Of a DNA stretch of 64,000 nucleotides, positions 18,641 through 29,547 are shown one piece after another. Numbering within the stretch: position 1 is the stretch's first letter; each line of letters opens with the position of its first letter. Where the stretch lies: positions 18,847 to 82,846 of the forward strand of contig JBDQJI010000002.1 of NCBI GenBank assembly GCA_040263875.1, read 5' to 3'. A program made the translations under genes and the position numbers. The notes beneath the pieces were generated by a model. The model saw only the letters and a program-made list of their open reading frames with translations. It was not told the origin of the DNA and searched no databases. The DNA is from Alphaproteobacteria bacterium (GTDB lineage Bacteria > Pseudomonadota > Alphaproteobacteria > Bin95).

Positions 18641-20938
18641 ATGATGGGCGCAGATATTTCCAGTGCGGGACGGCTTGAAGATCATCGGTTCTTAACGGGC
18701 GAGGGCCGGTTCACCGCCGACCTGCGGCGGGAGGGCGAGGTCCACGGATTTGTCCTACGGAGCCCATACGCCCATGCTGAAATCCTGAATGTGGATGTGG
18801 GCAACGCTGCATCCATGCCAGGCGTAATCGCAATAATCACTGCCGCGGATTTGAGCGCAGACGGCCTTGGCGACCTGCAGAATAAGTCCCAGATCCCCAG
18901 CGACCCGCCCATGGTCCACCCGCCGCGCCCAGTCCTTGCGCGCGGCAAGGTCCGCCATGTGGGGGAGGCCGTCGCCTTCGTCGTAGCGGAAAGCCTGACT
19001 GCGGCCCAAGACGCATCCGAAGCCATTCTCGTCGACTACAAAGACCTGCCCGCCGTGGTCGACCCAGCGGCAGCGCTTGCTGACGGGGCACCGCAGATTG
19101 CCGAAGACGCACCCGGCAATCTGATTTGTATCTTCCGAACGGGCGATCAGTCTGCAGCAGATGCTGCTATCGCTGATGCTACCCACGTGCTGGAGATGAC
19201 GGTGGATAATCACCGCGTTTCCGCCCTACCGCTTGAGCCACGCGCCGCCATCGGTGCCTATGACGCTGCTAAGGATGAATTGCTGCTGACATTGACGGGC
19301 CAGGGCGTTCACGGCATCCGCGGGCACTTGGCGACTCCCGTGTTCGGACTGCCGCCAGAAAAACTGCATGTTATGGCCCATGATGTGGGCGGCGGGTTCG
19401 GTGCGAAAAACTTCTCATACCCGGAATGGGCGCTGGTGCTTTACGCTGCCCGGAAGCTTGGGCGACCCGTTAAATGGGTGGCGGAACGAACCGAGGACGT
19501 GCTGGGCGGCGCCCATGGCCGCGCGGTAAAATCTACGGCGCAGATGGGGCTTGATGCATCCGGCAAAATCCTGGGTTTGAGCGCACACCTAACGGCGGAT
19601 TTAGGCGGATATCTCTCCAACGGCGCGCCGGGCAGCGGCACAGTATCTGTTACACGCTCACTTCAGGGCATGTACGATATTCCGGCTGTATACATGGAAT
19701 CCACCGGCGTTCTGACCAATACTGCCCCCGTGGACGCTTATCGTGGGGCCGGCAAGCCCGAAGGTAATTTCCTGATTGAGCGGATGGTGGAAACGGCGGC
19801 GCGGCGCTTCGGCTTCGACCCCGTAGAACTCCGCCGCCTGAACGCCATATCGGAATTCCCGCACACAACGGCCCTTGGTTTTGAAGTCGATACAGGTGAT
19901 TTCAAGGCACTGGTGGACCGGGCAGAGGCATCATCCGACCGCGCCGGGTTCGAAGCGCGCCGGGCAGAGGCTAAGTCACGCGGCAAGCTGCGCGGTCTTG
20001 GGTTCGCAAGCTTCCTGGAATCCGCCCGCGGCGCACCAAGCGAAGGTGCTGATTTGCGCTTCACTGAAGACGGCATGATCGAAGTCCGCCCCGGTACGGA
20101 ATCCAACGGCCAAGGGCATGAGACGATTTTCACGCAGCTCGTCGCGGACCGGCTTGGGCGCCCGATGGATGAAGTGCGCTACATACAGGCGGACACCCGC
20201 GAGACACGGATGGGGTCTGGCCATGGCGGTGCCAGGTCCATGCATATGGGCGGGACAGCGATTGTGGGCGCAATTGATATGGCCTTGGAGAAGGGCAAAG
20301 GCGTTGCTGCTGGCATGCTCCAGGCGCCGCCGGAACAAGTCCAGTTCATGGGGGGTGATTTTGTTGCCGGGGATGGCCGCGCGGTCTCCCTCACCGATGT
20401 CGCAGCCGCCGCACGGCAGCCCGAATTTGGCCTTGAAGGCGGCCTCGATAGCTTCTTCAGCTGGGAAGACGCACCAATCACCTGGCCCGCTGGGTGCCAT
20501 TCAGCTGAAGTTGAGATCGACCCGGAAACGGGCGATGTGCAGCTGCTGGCTTATACCGGCGTGGATGATTACGGCTTTCTGCTAAACGAACAACTGACCG
20601 AAGGCCAAGTGATCGGCGGCCTCGTCCAAGGCATCGGCCAGGCGCTTGGCGAACAGATCGTCTACGACCCCGAAACCGCCCAGTGCCTATCCGCAACCCT
20701 GATGGACTATGCCGCCCCACTGGCCCGCATTCTGCCAATGTTCAACATTGAATTCCTATCGACCCCGACGGAAGCCAACCCGCTGGGGGTTAAAGGCTCC
20801 GGCCAGGCAGGTGCGATCGCTTCAGCCCAAACCATCATCAACGCCATCATCGACGCGCTAGCGCCGCTCGGCATCGACCATCTCGATATGCCGGCAACGC
20901 CAGAACGGGTTTGGCGGGCTATCTCTGAAGCGAAATAA
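18641..20938 (+). CDS. Xanthine dehydrogenase family molybdopterin-binding subunit (CoxL form II-like)
   Basis: ED.RFLTG.G.F, RSPYAHA, DVGGGFG.K, AYRGAGKPE, GQGHET, QGIGQAL.E, NPLGVKGSGQ. Confidence 0.9.
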   Translation: MMGADISSAGRLEDHRFLTGEGRFTADLRREGEVHGFVLRSPYAHAEILNVDVGNAASMPGVIAIITAADLSADGLGDLQNKSQIPSDPPMVHPPRPVLARGKVRHVGEAVAFVVAESLTAAQDASEAILVDYKDLPAVVDPAAALADGAPQIAEDAPGNLICIFRTGDQSAADAAIADATHVLEMTVDNHRVSALPLEPRAAIGAYDAAKDELLLTLTGQGVHGIRGHLATPVFGLPPEKLHVMAHDVGGGFGAKNFSYPEWALVLYAARKLGRPVKWVAERTEDVLGGAHGRAVKSTAQMGLDASGKILGLSAHLTADLGGYLSNGAPGSGTVSVTRSLQGMYDIPAVYMESTGVLTNTAPVDAYRGAGKPEGNFLIERMVETAARRFGFDPVELRRLNAISEFPHTTALGFEVDTGDFKALVDRAEASSDRAGFEARRAEAKSRGKLRGLGFASFLESARGAPSEGADLRFTEDGMIEVRPGTESNGQGHETIFTQLVADRLGRPMDEVRYIQADTRETRMGSGHGGARSMHMGGTAIVGAIDMALEKGKGVAAGMLQAPPEQVQFMGGDFVAGDGRAVSLTDVAAAARQPEFGLEGGLDSFFSWEDAPITWPAGCHSAEVEIDPETGDVQLLAYTGVDDYGFLLNEQLTEGQVIGGLVQGIGQALGEQIVYDPETAQCLSATLMDYAAPLARILPMFNIEFLSTPTEANPLGVKGSGQAGAIASAQTIINAIIDALAPLGIDHLDMPATPERVWRAISEAK

Positions 20939-21048
20939 TTTATGGGCTTTTCGACTAACACCTCAGTAAACCATCAGCACTAAACTACCGATTGCGGCCC
21001 AGGTTTTCAGATACCCCACCGTGTGCCGTACGGGAGGTTTATGCCTGA

Positions 21049-23091
21049 ATGTTCAAGTTTTCTCGGCCAAGTAAGCGCTTGCCGCAATCTGACCTCACGC
21101 GTTTATTGAACCTACCCTTCCCAGAGGCGGTTCAGAATTCCGGTGACCCATTCCTCGACCGATATCTGGCAGAGCCTGAACGGTCAGATGAAGCGCATCG
21201 GAATTTCCCAGCCGATTTTCCGAACAGCGAGATGTTGCTGCGGGGCGGAATGGACGCAATCGGATTGCGGCGCCTGCGGGCTGAAGCACTGCTGTTGATG
21301 GAAAGACAATCGCATGGTTCCACAGGGCCCGTCTGGAACCCATCAGTGGTCCGCATAAGGCTCATAAGGCTTCTCCCTGAATTGAATGCAGTTGAGGCGA
21401 CCTTTGCGCAGTCTGATATTCTCGCCATGCTGCAAACATTCCCAAGGCAACGGTTAGGCCACGGCCATGACCATCAATACCTGACGCCATTTCTTGCGCT
21501 GATCGATCGCGCCAGTACCGCAGACGCCCCGAGCCATTGGCTAAAAATGCTATCTGTGATCGCCAAAGCGCTGGATGATGAAGATAAAGGATGGATCATT
21601 GGGAAGGACCACCCTCTGATCCAAGAGCGTCTTTACTTAGAATTGGACCGAGATCCAGCCTCATCTCCCTATCTCCTAAGGATCGCAGAAGGAAAGGCTA
21701 GAGCCCAACAAAGTATCAATGCCCTGCGCCGCGCCTTAGGCCCCGTTTTGGTACCACTGCTGGATGCTTTCTCAGCGACCAACAATGCGGCAAGCATTGC
21801 CGAAGCTGTTGATCATTTGGCGAATGTCTCGCCAGAAGGCCGGGCGGCAATCCTATTAGGCATCGTGCGGTATCATCAGTTCCGCACAGAATTGTTCTCA
21901 TTGGAAAACCGCATCAAGATGGGGTTTGTAAGCCAACATCTGCCCGATTTCATGGGATTCGACAGGCTGTTGCAGACGGTCGCTCAAACGGCAGAACGGC
22001 GAAAGTCCGTATTTACTGAAGCAGAAGCTTTGGAACTTCTACGTTCTGAACATGAAGGTAATTATTGCACCGGGCACAAGAATGTCGGCGTTTGGCGCTG
22101 GGTTGGACAGGCCTTGCCGCCAGAGTCATTAGCAGCACGTCAGGCAGTAGATGCCGTCATTTCTGCCTGGAACAGGGCACAATCTGACTGGGTGATAAAG
22201 GCCTCTGCCTACCTGTTGGCATCATTCAAACCTGAAGAGACCAGCCAAAATGCATGTGGCGCGGCCGAAGCGCGCGCTGACGCAGACCGCGCCTTCTCAG
22301 AAGCCATCGATGCGCTAATGCGCTGGGAAACTGTGGAGAAATTGAAATTCCAATCACAATGTGCGGCAGCTGATCGGGCCAGGCAGTTGAGTAAAAAACA
22401 GCCCATAGGGATTGCATACAACAAAATGTGGCGGCTGCCGTTTGAGCATTTGGAATTTATCGCAGATGCGCATATCACCTTGATGCATGCAGCAAAGCTT
22501 GGTCCACCAGCCCCAGCAGCGCTCGCAAAGCTTGATGATGTGACGGCACAGTTGGAAAGCTATCGGACTGGGCCGTTGCCGCCGCACGCACATGCCGTGC
22601 AAACGGCTGAAGCGCTCATCAGAGAATTAATGGCGGGCCGCGAACGCGCTACGATTTATCTTGAGCTTTCCTCGGCTGAACGAGCAGCGCTCTTGGCGGC
22701 GGAGGACGTGGCGCATGATGCCCCATCAAGCGCACGCCCATCTAACGCGTGGCGGAAAAAGAGCATAGCGCGCATGGCGGACGTCAATCAAACAGACCTT
22801 ATCGGCGCGCTTCAGACGATGTTGACCACGCTGACGCCCTTCCTTCCACTCTCCTATAACCGGACTGCTTTTAATAGAGAGGCATATGGCACGATGGTTG
22901 GATTGATATGGATGGCTGGTGACCTGCCGCCAGCGGACATCGCCGATCCTTTGACCACGTTCGCCACACGCGCCATAGAGGTTGTCCCTGGCGTAGGCTT
23001 ACGGGCTGAGAAGCTGGCGACCGCCTGCTTCTGGTCGCTCGCTGCATTGCCGGATGGAAGCGGGCGGAACAGCCTGGAAGCTTTGCGCTAA
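21049..23091 (+). CDS. Hypothetical helical protein; C-terminus resembles the segment preceding DUF4132 domains; possibly truncated
   Basis: 680 aa ORF with atypical AT-richer codons; ends ...VPGVGLRAEKLATACFWSLAALPDGSGRNSLEALR*, and the frame continues QAPYPKVQRAIDKVQAAVVSS*. Confidence 0.6.
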   Translation: MFKFSRPSKRLPQSDLTRLLNLPFPEAVQNSGDPFLDRYLAEPERSDEAHRNFPADFPNSEMLLRGGMDAIGLRRLRAEALLLMERQSHGSTGPVWNPSVVRIRLIRLLPELNAVEATFAQSDILAMLQTFPRQRLGHGHDHQYLTPFLALIDRASTADAPSHWLKMLSVIAKALDDEDKGWIIGKDHPLIQERLYLELDRDPASSPYLLRIAEGKARAQQSINALRRALGPVLVPLLDAFSATNNAASIAEAVDHLANVSPEGRAAILLGIVRYHQFRTELFSLENRIKMGFVSQHLPDFMGFDRLLQTVAQTAERRKSVFTEAEALELLRSEHEGNYCTGHKNVGVWRWVGQALPPESLAARQAVDAVISAWNRAQSDWVIKASAYLLASFKPEETSQNACGAAEARADADRAFSEAIDALMRWETVEKLKFQSQCAAADRARQLSKKQPIGIAYNKMWRLPFEHLEFIADAHITLMHAAKLGPPAPAALAKLDDVTAQLESYRTGPLPPHAHAVQTAEALIRELMAGRERATIYLELSSAERAALLAAEDVAHDAPSSARPSNAWRKKSIARMADVNQTDLIGALQTMLTTLTPFLPLSYNRTAFNREAYGTMVGLIWMAGDLPPADIADPLTTFATRAIEVVPGVGLRAEKLATACFWSLAALPDGSGRNSLEALR

Positions 23092-23178
23092 CAAGCACCT
23101 TATCCCAAGGTCCAGAGGGCGATTGATAAAGTGCAGGCTGCTGTCGTCAGCAGCTAGGTTCGTGCCAAACAGCGACGG

Positions 23179-24711
23179 CTACAGTGGAATGTTATCGTGC
23201 TTTTTCCAGGGGTTTGCGAGTTGCTTGTCTTTGAGCATGGCTAGGCTGCGGCAGATGCGGGCGCGGGTGTTGTGGGGGCGGATGACGTCGTCGATATAAC
23301 CGCGGCGGGCGGCGACGAATGGGTTGGCGAATGCGGCGGCATACTCATCGGTACGAGCCTTAATTTTCTCTTCATCGCCAATGTCTTGGCGGAAGATGAT
23401 CTCCACAGCACCCTTGGCACCCATCACGGCGATTTCAGCATTTGGCCAAGCGTAGTTCACATCCCCACGCAGATGCTTGGACGACATCACGTCATAAGCA
23501 CCGCCATAGGCTTTGCGCGTAATAACGGTGATTTTCGGCACCGTCGCTTCAGCATAGGCAAACAGCAGTTTGGCACCGTGTTTGATGATGCCATTGAATT
23601 CCTGGTCCGTACCAGGAAGGAAGCCCGGCACATCAACGAGCGTGACGATGGGGATTTCGAACGCATCCAGGAAGCGCACAAACCTTGCTGCTTTCCTCGC
23701 ACTATCAATATCCAGGCACCCTGCCAGCACCATCGGCTGATTGGCAACGATGCCGACCGTCTGGCCGTCCATCCGCGCCATGCCAATAACGATGTTTCCG
23801 GCATAATTTGGCTGAACCTCAAAGAAATCGCCCTCGTCGACGATTTTCTCAATCAGCTCCTTGATATCATAAGGCTTGTTCGGATCCGCCGGAACAAGCG
23901 TATCAAGCGAGAGTTCCTGGCGGTTTGCCGGGTCATTGGTCGGGCGAACAGGTGTGGGTGCCCGATTGGATGCGGGCAGGAAATCGAAGAAGCGGCGGGT
24001 TTCCAGCAGCGCTTCAACGTCATTCTCAAACGCCATGTCAGCAACGCCGGACTTGGCAGAATGGGTGATGGCACCACCGAGCGCTTCCTGGGTCACTTCT
24101 TCATGGGTGACGGTTTTCACAACGTCCGGTCCGGTGACGAACATGTAGGATGTGTCCTTCACCATGAAGATGAAGTCCGTCATGGCGGGGGAATACACGG
24201 CCCCACCAGCGCATGGCCCCATGATGACAGAAAGTTGGGGCACAACGCCGCTTGCCAGCACGTTCCGCTGGAACACTTCGGCATATCCGCCAAGGGAGGC
24301 CACACCTTCCTGGATGCGGGCACCACCGCTATCATTCAAGCCGATCACGGGTGCGCCGACTTTCATCGCTTGATCCATGACCTTGCAGATCTTTTCCGCA
24401 TGGGCTTCTGAAAGCGAGCCGCCGAATACCGTGAAATCCTGGCTGTAAACGAACACCAGACGCCCGTTGACTGTGCCGGAACCGGTAACGACGCCATCAC
24501 CCGGAACTCGCTGGTTTTCCATGCCGAAATCGGTGGAGCGGTGCTCCACGAACATGTCGAGTTCTTCAAAGGAACCTGGGTCCAGCAGAATATCCAACCG
24601 TTCCCGCGCCGTTAGCTTACCGCGCGCGTGTTGCGCATCGATCCGGCGTTGCCCGCCGCCCAGCTTTGCAGCGTCTCGCATGGATTCCAGTTGGGCGACA
24701 ATATCGGACAT
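23179..24711 (-). CDS. pccB: Propionyl-CoA carboxylase beta (carboxyltransferase) subunit
   Basis: [50 protein letters not shown]-terminal [10 protein letters not shown]. Confidence 0.95.
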   Translation of the reverse strand: MSDIVAQLESMRDAAKLGGGQRRIDAQHARGKLTARERLDILLDPGSFEELDMFVEHRSTDFGMENQRVPGDGVVTGSGTVNGRLVFVYSQDFTVFGGSLSEAHAEKICKVMDQAMKVGAPVIGLNDSGGARIQEGVASLGGYAEVFQRNVLASGVVPQLSVIMGPCAGGAVYSPAMTDFIFMVKDTSYMFVTGPDVVKTVTHEEVTQEALGGAITHSAKSGVADMAFENDVEALLETRRFFDFLPASNRAPTPVRPTNDPANRQELSLDTLVPADPNKPYDIKELIEKIVDEGDFFEVQPNYAGNIVIGMARMDGQTVGIVANQPMVLAGCLDIDSARKAARFVRFLDAFEIPIVTLVDVPGFLPGTDQEFNGIIKHGAKLLFAYAEATVPKITVITRKAYGGAYDVMSSKHLRGDVNYAWPNAEIAVMGAKGAVEIIFRQDIGDEEKIKARTDEYAAAFANPFVAARRGYIDDVIRPHNTRARICRSLAMLKDKQLANPWKKHDNIPL

Positions 24712-24879
24712 GGCTTTAGGGCTCGCTCACGCATTCGGGGATGACATATCCAAATAGCATTCAGCACGGGTTTAGGCCAACTCTCAAAAACGCTCGCCCT
24801 GTTTCAGGTCGCCAAATCCAACTGAAGCATGATACCTCCCTCTCATTCCGCATCTCTTCCGAAAGGGCGCTAGCCCCCA

Positions 24880-25821
24880 ATGGCCGTCTATACTGATGTC
24901 AGCCCAGCAGCGCTTAAGGGATTTCTGGATGGATACGCCATTGGCGATCCCACCCGGCTAACTGGCATTCTACAAGGCATCGAGAACTCCAATTTCATGC
25001 TGGAGACGACTGGCGGCAAATACGTGCTGACAGTGTTTGAGCGACGCGCCGCACGGGAAGACCTACCATATTTCCTAGGGTTGATGGCACATCTGGCAGG
25101 GAATGGCTTTCCAGCACCCGCGCCGATAACGGCCAATAACGGTGCGGTGCTTGGCGAGATTGCCGGCAAGCCCGCCGCCGTGGTTTCGTTCCTGGGTGGC
25201 GAATGGCCACACGATCCCTCGCCAGAAGACGCCCACGAAGCCGGGCGGGCGCTTGCCAACCTGCACCTGACTGCAGCGGATTTTCCGATGGTCCGCAAAA
25301 ATACGCTCGATGCCGATACATGGCGGGCATTGTATGACGCATCCGCCTCCCGCGCCGACAGCGTCGAAGATGGGCTTGGTACCGAAGTCGAGCAGCGGCT
25401 GTCTGTCATCCTGGCGGATTGGCCTAAAGATCTGCCATCCGGCGCCATTCATGCGGACCTATTTCCGGATAATATGTTTCTGCAAAACGGCACGGTTTCC
25501 GGCGTGATCGACTATTACTTCGCCTGCACGGACGCTTACGCCTATGACCTGGCGATCACCCTGAACGCTTGGTGCTTCGACAAGAACAACCATTGGCTTG
25601 CCGACCATAGTGCCGGGATGCTTGCTGGCTACCAATCCGTTCGCCCGCTGAATGACGCCGAACACGCGGCCATGCCCGTACTGTTGCAAGGTGCCGCCAT
25701 GCGGTTTCTGTTGACGCGGCTCTACGATTGGCTAAACCCGCGCAAGGATGCGCTCGCAACCCCAAAAGACCCACTGCAGCAACGGGACCAGCTTCGCTGG
25801 CATCAGGATCACACACTATGA
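24880..25821 (+). CDS. thrB: Homoserine kinase type II
   Basis: [38 protein letters not shown]; adjacent to rnhA. Confidence 0.93.
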   Translation: MAVYTDVSPAALKGFLDGYAIGDPTRLTGILQGIENSNFMLETTGGKYVLTVFERRAAREDLPYFLGLMAHLAGNGFPAPAPITANNGAVLGEIAGKPAAVVSFLGGEWPHDPSPEDAHEAGRALANLHLTAADFPMVRKNTLDADTWRALYDASASRADSVEDGLGTEVEQRLSVILADWPKDLPSGAIHADLFPDNMFLQNGTVSGVIDYYFACTDAYAYDLAITLNAWCFDKNNHWLADHSAGMLAGYQSVRPLNDAEHAAMPVLLQGAAMRFLLTRLYDWLNPRKDALATPKDPLQQRDQLRWHQDHTL

Positions 25822-26246
25822 CAGTCGAGATTTTCACGGACGGTGCCTGCAGCGGCAATCCTGGCCCTGGCGGATGGGGCGCCATTCTGCGTTATGGCGA
25901 TGCTGAAAAAGAACTCTCCGGCGGCGAGGCTGAAACCACCAATAACCGCATGGAGCTGATGGCCTGCATCGCAGCGCTCGAAGCCTTAACGCGCCCGACC
26001 GAGGTGACCCTCACGTCCGACAGCAAATATGTGCTCGACGGCATCAAAAGCTGGATGCCGAACTGGAAACGCAATGGCTGGAAAACCGCCGCCAAAAAGC
26101 CCGTTAAGAACGTGGACCTATGGCAACGCCTGGATGCAGCAACAACCAAGCACACGATCACCTGGAAATGGATCAAAGGTCACGCTGGCCACGCCGAGAA
26201 TGAACGCGCCGACGAACTGGCGCGCGGCGGCATTCCTGGCAGGTAG
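25818..26246 (+). CDS. rnhA: Ribonuclease HI
   Basis: [53 protein letters not shown]; ATGA overlap with thrB. Confidence 0.97.
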   Translation: MTVEIFTDGACSGNPGPGGWGAILRYGDAEKELSGGEAETTNNRMELMACIAALEALTRPTEVTLTSDSKYVLDGIKSWMPNWKRNGWKTAAKKPVKNVDLWQRLDAATTKHTITWKWIKGHAGHAENERADELARGGIPGR

Positions 26247-26327
26247 CGAAGCTCAGCAAAGTAGGTGTCCGCCTTTAGAGATCAGCGCTATTGTGCCGTC
26301 ACACACAGTTCTGATTGAGGGCGGACG

Positions 26328-27950
26328 ATGACCAAGCAGCAAGTAACGAACAGTGCCGATCACTTTGATGCGCTGATCATCGGTGCAGGCTTTGCGGGCC
26401 TTTATCAACTGCATTGCCTGCGCGACAAGCTTGGCCTGAACGCCCGCGTGCTTGAGGCAGGCGGTGGGGTTGGCGGCACCTGGTACTGGAACCGCTACCC
26501 CGGTGCGCGCTGCGATACCGAAAGCCACGGCTACTGCTTCACCTTTTCCGAAGCGCTCTTCAAAGGCTGGGAATGGTCTGAGCGTTATCCCGAACAGCCG
26601 GAGATCGTGCGCTATATCAATTACGTCGCGGACGAATTGGACCTAAAACGCGACATTCAATTCGAGACGCGCGTGACCAGTGCTGCATGGGATGATGCAG
26701 CGGGCCTTTGGCGGGTTGAGACGGAAGCAGGTGAGCGCCTTTCCGCCCAATTCCTGGTGACAGCGGTTGGTTGTCTGTCTGCTGCCAACGTGCCGGATAT
26801 TCCGGGGCGTGACAGCTTCGAAGGCGAGTGGCGCCATACCGGTAATTGGCCCCATGAAGGCGTTGATTTCACAGGCAAGCGCGTTGGATTAGTCGGCACC
26901 GGATCAACCGGAGTGCAGGCAACGCCCGTCATCGCAGAACAGGCAGCGCACCTCACCGTTTTCCAGCGCACGCCAAACTATTCCGTGCCCGCTCGCAATG
27001 CTCCGCTGACGCCAGAGTTCAAGCGCCACGTTAAAGAGAACGCGAGCGATATTCGCGATACAATGCAAAACACCTTGAGCGGCCATCCCTGGTTTCCATC
27101 CGACAGGCGCACCCACGAAACACCGGCAGACGAACGCGAGCGGCTTTATCAGGAGGCCTGGGAGCGGGGCGGGCTGCAGTTCCGCGCGACCTTCCAGGAT
27201 ATTCTGGTGGATAAGCAAGCAAACGAAGTTGTTGCCGATTTCGTCAAGCGCAAGATCGAAGACACCGTCAAAGACCCGGAGACCGCCCGCAAGCTCACCA
27301 ATTTTGACCACGCCTATTCGACCAAACGCCCGATCATCGATACACACTATTTTGAGGCCTATAACCGGGATAATGTGGCGCTTGTTGATGTGCGCGCGGC
27401 ACCAATTCAGGCAATCACGGCGGATGGCATTCAAACAGCAGACGCGTTCTATCCATTAGACGTGATCGTGTTCGCTACAGGCTATGACGGCGTTACCGGC
27501 CCACTGCTGCGCCTCGACATCAAAGGCCGCAATGGTGCAGCGTTGAAAGACGTGTGGGAGGCAGGCCCCAAGACCTATCTTGGTCTACAGGTCGAAGGTT
27601 TCCCCAACCTGTTCACAATCACCGGGCCGCAAAGTCCATCTGTATTGACCAACATGCCGGTCGCGATTGAACAACACGCCGAATGGATCAGTGACTGTAT
27701 CGCCCATATGCGTGCCGAAGGCTTGGAACGGATTGAACCACAGCCTGAGGCCGCTGCGGCCTGGGGAGAAACCGTCAACGCCGCCGCCAATGCGACGTTG
27801 TTAGTGACAGCGGAAACCTCCTGGTATCTCGGCGCGAATGTTCCGGGCAAACCCAGAGCATTCCTGGCCTATGCAGGCGGGATGACGCGATATCGTGATA
27901 TTTGCACAGACGTCGCGGCCAAAAACTACGAAGGCTTCACGCTTGCCTAA
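26328..27950 (+). CDS. Type I Baeyer-Villiger monooxygenase (cyclohexanone/phenylacetone monooxygenase-like)
   Basis: GAGFAG, GGTWYWNRYPGARCD, FEGEWRHTGNWP fingerprint, GTGSTG. Confidence 0.95.
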   Translation: MTKQQVTNSADHFDALIIGAGFAGLYQLHCLRDKLGLNARVLEAGGGVGGTWYWNRYPGARCDTESHGYCFTFSEALFKGWEWSERYPEQPEIVRYINYVADELDLKRDIQFETRVTSAAWDDAAGLWRVETEAGERLSAQFLVTAVGCLSAANVPDIPGRDSFEGEWRHTGNWPHEGVDFTGKRVGLVGTGSTGVQATPVIAEQAAHLTVFQRTPNYSVPARNAPLTPEFKRHVKENASDIRDTMQNTLSGHPWFPSDRRTHETPADERERLYQEAWERGGLQFRATFQDILVDKQANEVVADFVKRKIEDTVKDPETARKLTNFDHAYSTKRPIIDTHYFEAYNRDNVALVDVRAAPIQAITADGIQTADAFYPLDVIVFATGYDGVTGPLLRLDIKGRNGAALKDVWEAGPKTYLGLQVEGFPNLFTITGPQSPSVLTNMPVAIEQHAEWISDCIAHMRAEGLERIEPQPEAAAAWGETVNAAANATLLVTAETSWYLGANVPGKPRAFLAYAGGMTRYRDICTDVAAKNYEGFTLA

Positions 27951-27978
27951 CAGTGTCGCCCGCAAAATATGAGGCGTC

Positions 27979-29121
27979 TCAAGTCATACCCATGCGTTTG
28001 GCGATAACTTGCAGCATGATTTCATTGGCCCCACCGCCAATAGCAGCCAGCTTCATGTCCCGGTAAGTCCGGCTGATACGGTTTTCAGCCATGAAGCCCT
28101 GCCCACCCCAGAAGCGTAGGCATTCGCTGGGGATCCATTCCGCCAGACGGCCCATCTTGTATTTCGCCATGGACGCAAGCTTGGTCACGTCCTCACCGTC
28201 GATGTAAGCCTGAACGGCAGCGTGGAAGAGCGCCCGCAACGCCTCGACTTCTGTTTGCATCTCCGCAAGGCGAAAGTGAACGAACTGATTGTTCAGAATG
28301 GATTTCCCGAAGGCCTCGCGGTCCCGGGTGTATTCAATGGTATCGGCGATCGCATCCTCCAACAGGCCGATAGACCGGCCCACCACATAAAGCCGTTCTT
28401 CCTGGAATTGCTCCATCTGATACCCGAAGCCCTTATTCTCATCTCCGATCAAGTTGCGGGCGGGAATGCGGACATCGTCAAAAAACGTTTGCGCCGTGTC
28501 AGAGGAATGCAGCCCAAGCTTTTTCAGCTCATGCCGCGTCACGCCCGGCGCGTCCAACGGCACCACCATCAAAGACTTATTGCGGTGGGGGCCATTGTCC
28601 TGGCTAGAATTGACCAGCATGCACATCCAATCCGCCTGCATGCCGTTCGTTGTCCACATTTTAGATCCGTTGATGACGTAATCATCGCCATCGCGCCGGG
28701 CGTAGGTTTTCACGTTCGCTACGTCTGACCCCGACCCGACTTCGGATACGCCAAGGCAGCCGACCACATCCCCCGCTATCGTTGGTACCAGCCATTCCCG
28801 GCGCAATGCGTCAGACCCGTGCTTCGCCAAAGCCGGTGTACACATAGTCGCCTGAATGCCGATCGCACTGGAAACGCCATAGGCCTGAATATGGCCAAGT
28901 TCTTCAACGCAGGCGATTTCATAGGAATAATCGAGTGCCAGTCCGCCGAATTCCTCCGGCCTGGAAATGCCAAGCAGCCCCGCATCACCCAAAATCTTCA
29001 TCACCTTGTGCGCGGGGAACCGGCCAGCCTCCTCCCATGCGTCCACATGCGGATTGATGTGTTCTTCGACGATGCGCTGGGTGGTGCGCTTCAGTTCAAG
29101 ATGCTCGTGGCTCCACTGCAT
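27979..29121 (-). CDS. Acyl-CoA dehydrogenase (citronellyl-CoA dehydrogenase AtuD-like clade)
   Basis: GVSEVGSGSDVA, NGSKMWTTNG.QADW, SSDTAQ.FFDDVR, QFQEER, IGGGANEIM. Confidence 0.88.
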   Translation of the reverse strand: MQWSHEHLELKRTTQRIVEEHINPHVDAWEEAGRFPAHKVMKILGDAGLLGISRPEEFGGLALDYSYEIACVEELGHIQAYGVSSAIGIQATMCTPALAKHGSDALRREWLVPTIAGDVVGCLGVSEVGSGSDVANVKTYARRDGDDYVINGSKMWTTNGMQADWMCMLVNSSQDNGPHRNKSLMVVPLDAPGVTRHELKKLGLHSSDTAQTFFDDVRIPARNLIGDENKGFGYQMEQFQEERLYVVGRSIGLLEDAIADTIEYTRDREAFGKSILNNQFVHFRLAEMQTEVEALRALFHAAVQAYIDGEDVTKLASMAKYKMGRLAEWIPSECLRFWGGQGFMAENRISRTYRDMKLAAIGGGANEIMLQVIAKRMGMT

Positions 29122-29130
29122 TGGACGACC

Positions 29131-29544
29131 TTACTTTGCGACGCGGAAATACGGCAGCACGAGGTCATCCGTTTCTTGGCCAAAGATGACCTCAACAGCG
29201 AGGCCAATCTTCAGATCAGCCGGATCGACATCAAGCAATTGGCTCTGGATACGAACACCTTCTTCCAATTCAACTGTTGCCAAAATGTAGGGTACCTCAG
29301 CCTTGAACCCGATATGGAAAGGATGGTGGGCGACGGTCCAGCTATAGACTTCGCCTTTGCCGCTGGCCTCAATCCAATCGACTTCCATTGAATGGCATTC
29401 GCCGCACATGGGTCTTGGATAATGCCGGGCTGTGCGGCAGTCCGAGCAGCGCTGCAGCATAACGCGCCGGTCTTTCAGGCCATCCCAATAGGGCTGTGAA
29501 TCAATGGAAGGTTCTGGCAGCGGTTTCAAATAAGGTTCGCTCAT
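29131..29544 (-). CDS. DUF35 Zn-ribbon/OB-fold protein
   Basis: P.W......LQRCSDC....YPRPMCGEC, SGKGEVYSWT, PY..A.VELEEG. Confidence 0.92.
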   Translation of the reverse strand: MSEPYLKPLPEPSIDSQPYWDGLKDRRVMLQRCSDCRTARHYPRPMCGECHSMEVDWIEASGKGEVYSWTVAHHPFHIGFKAEVPYILATVELEEGVRIQSQLLDVDPADLKIGLAVEVIFGQETDDLVLPYFRVAK

Positions 29545-29547
29545 GGT

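Noticed and set aside
18641-20938. Calling this gene a true aerobic CO dehydrogenase (coxL form I)
   Set aside because: It lacks the AYxCSFR motif and has no coxM, coxS or accessory genes.
23272-24411. 379-aa plus-strand ORF
   Set aside because: Entirely antisense to pccB; a shadow ORF expected from GC-rich codon bias, with no recognisable motifs.
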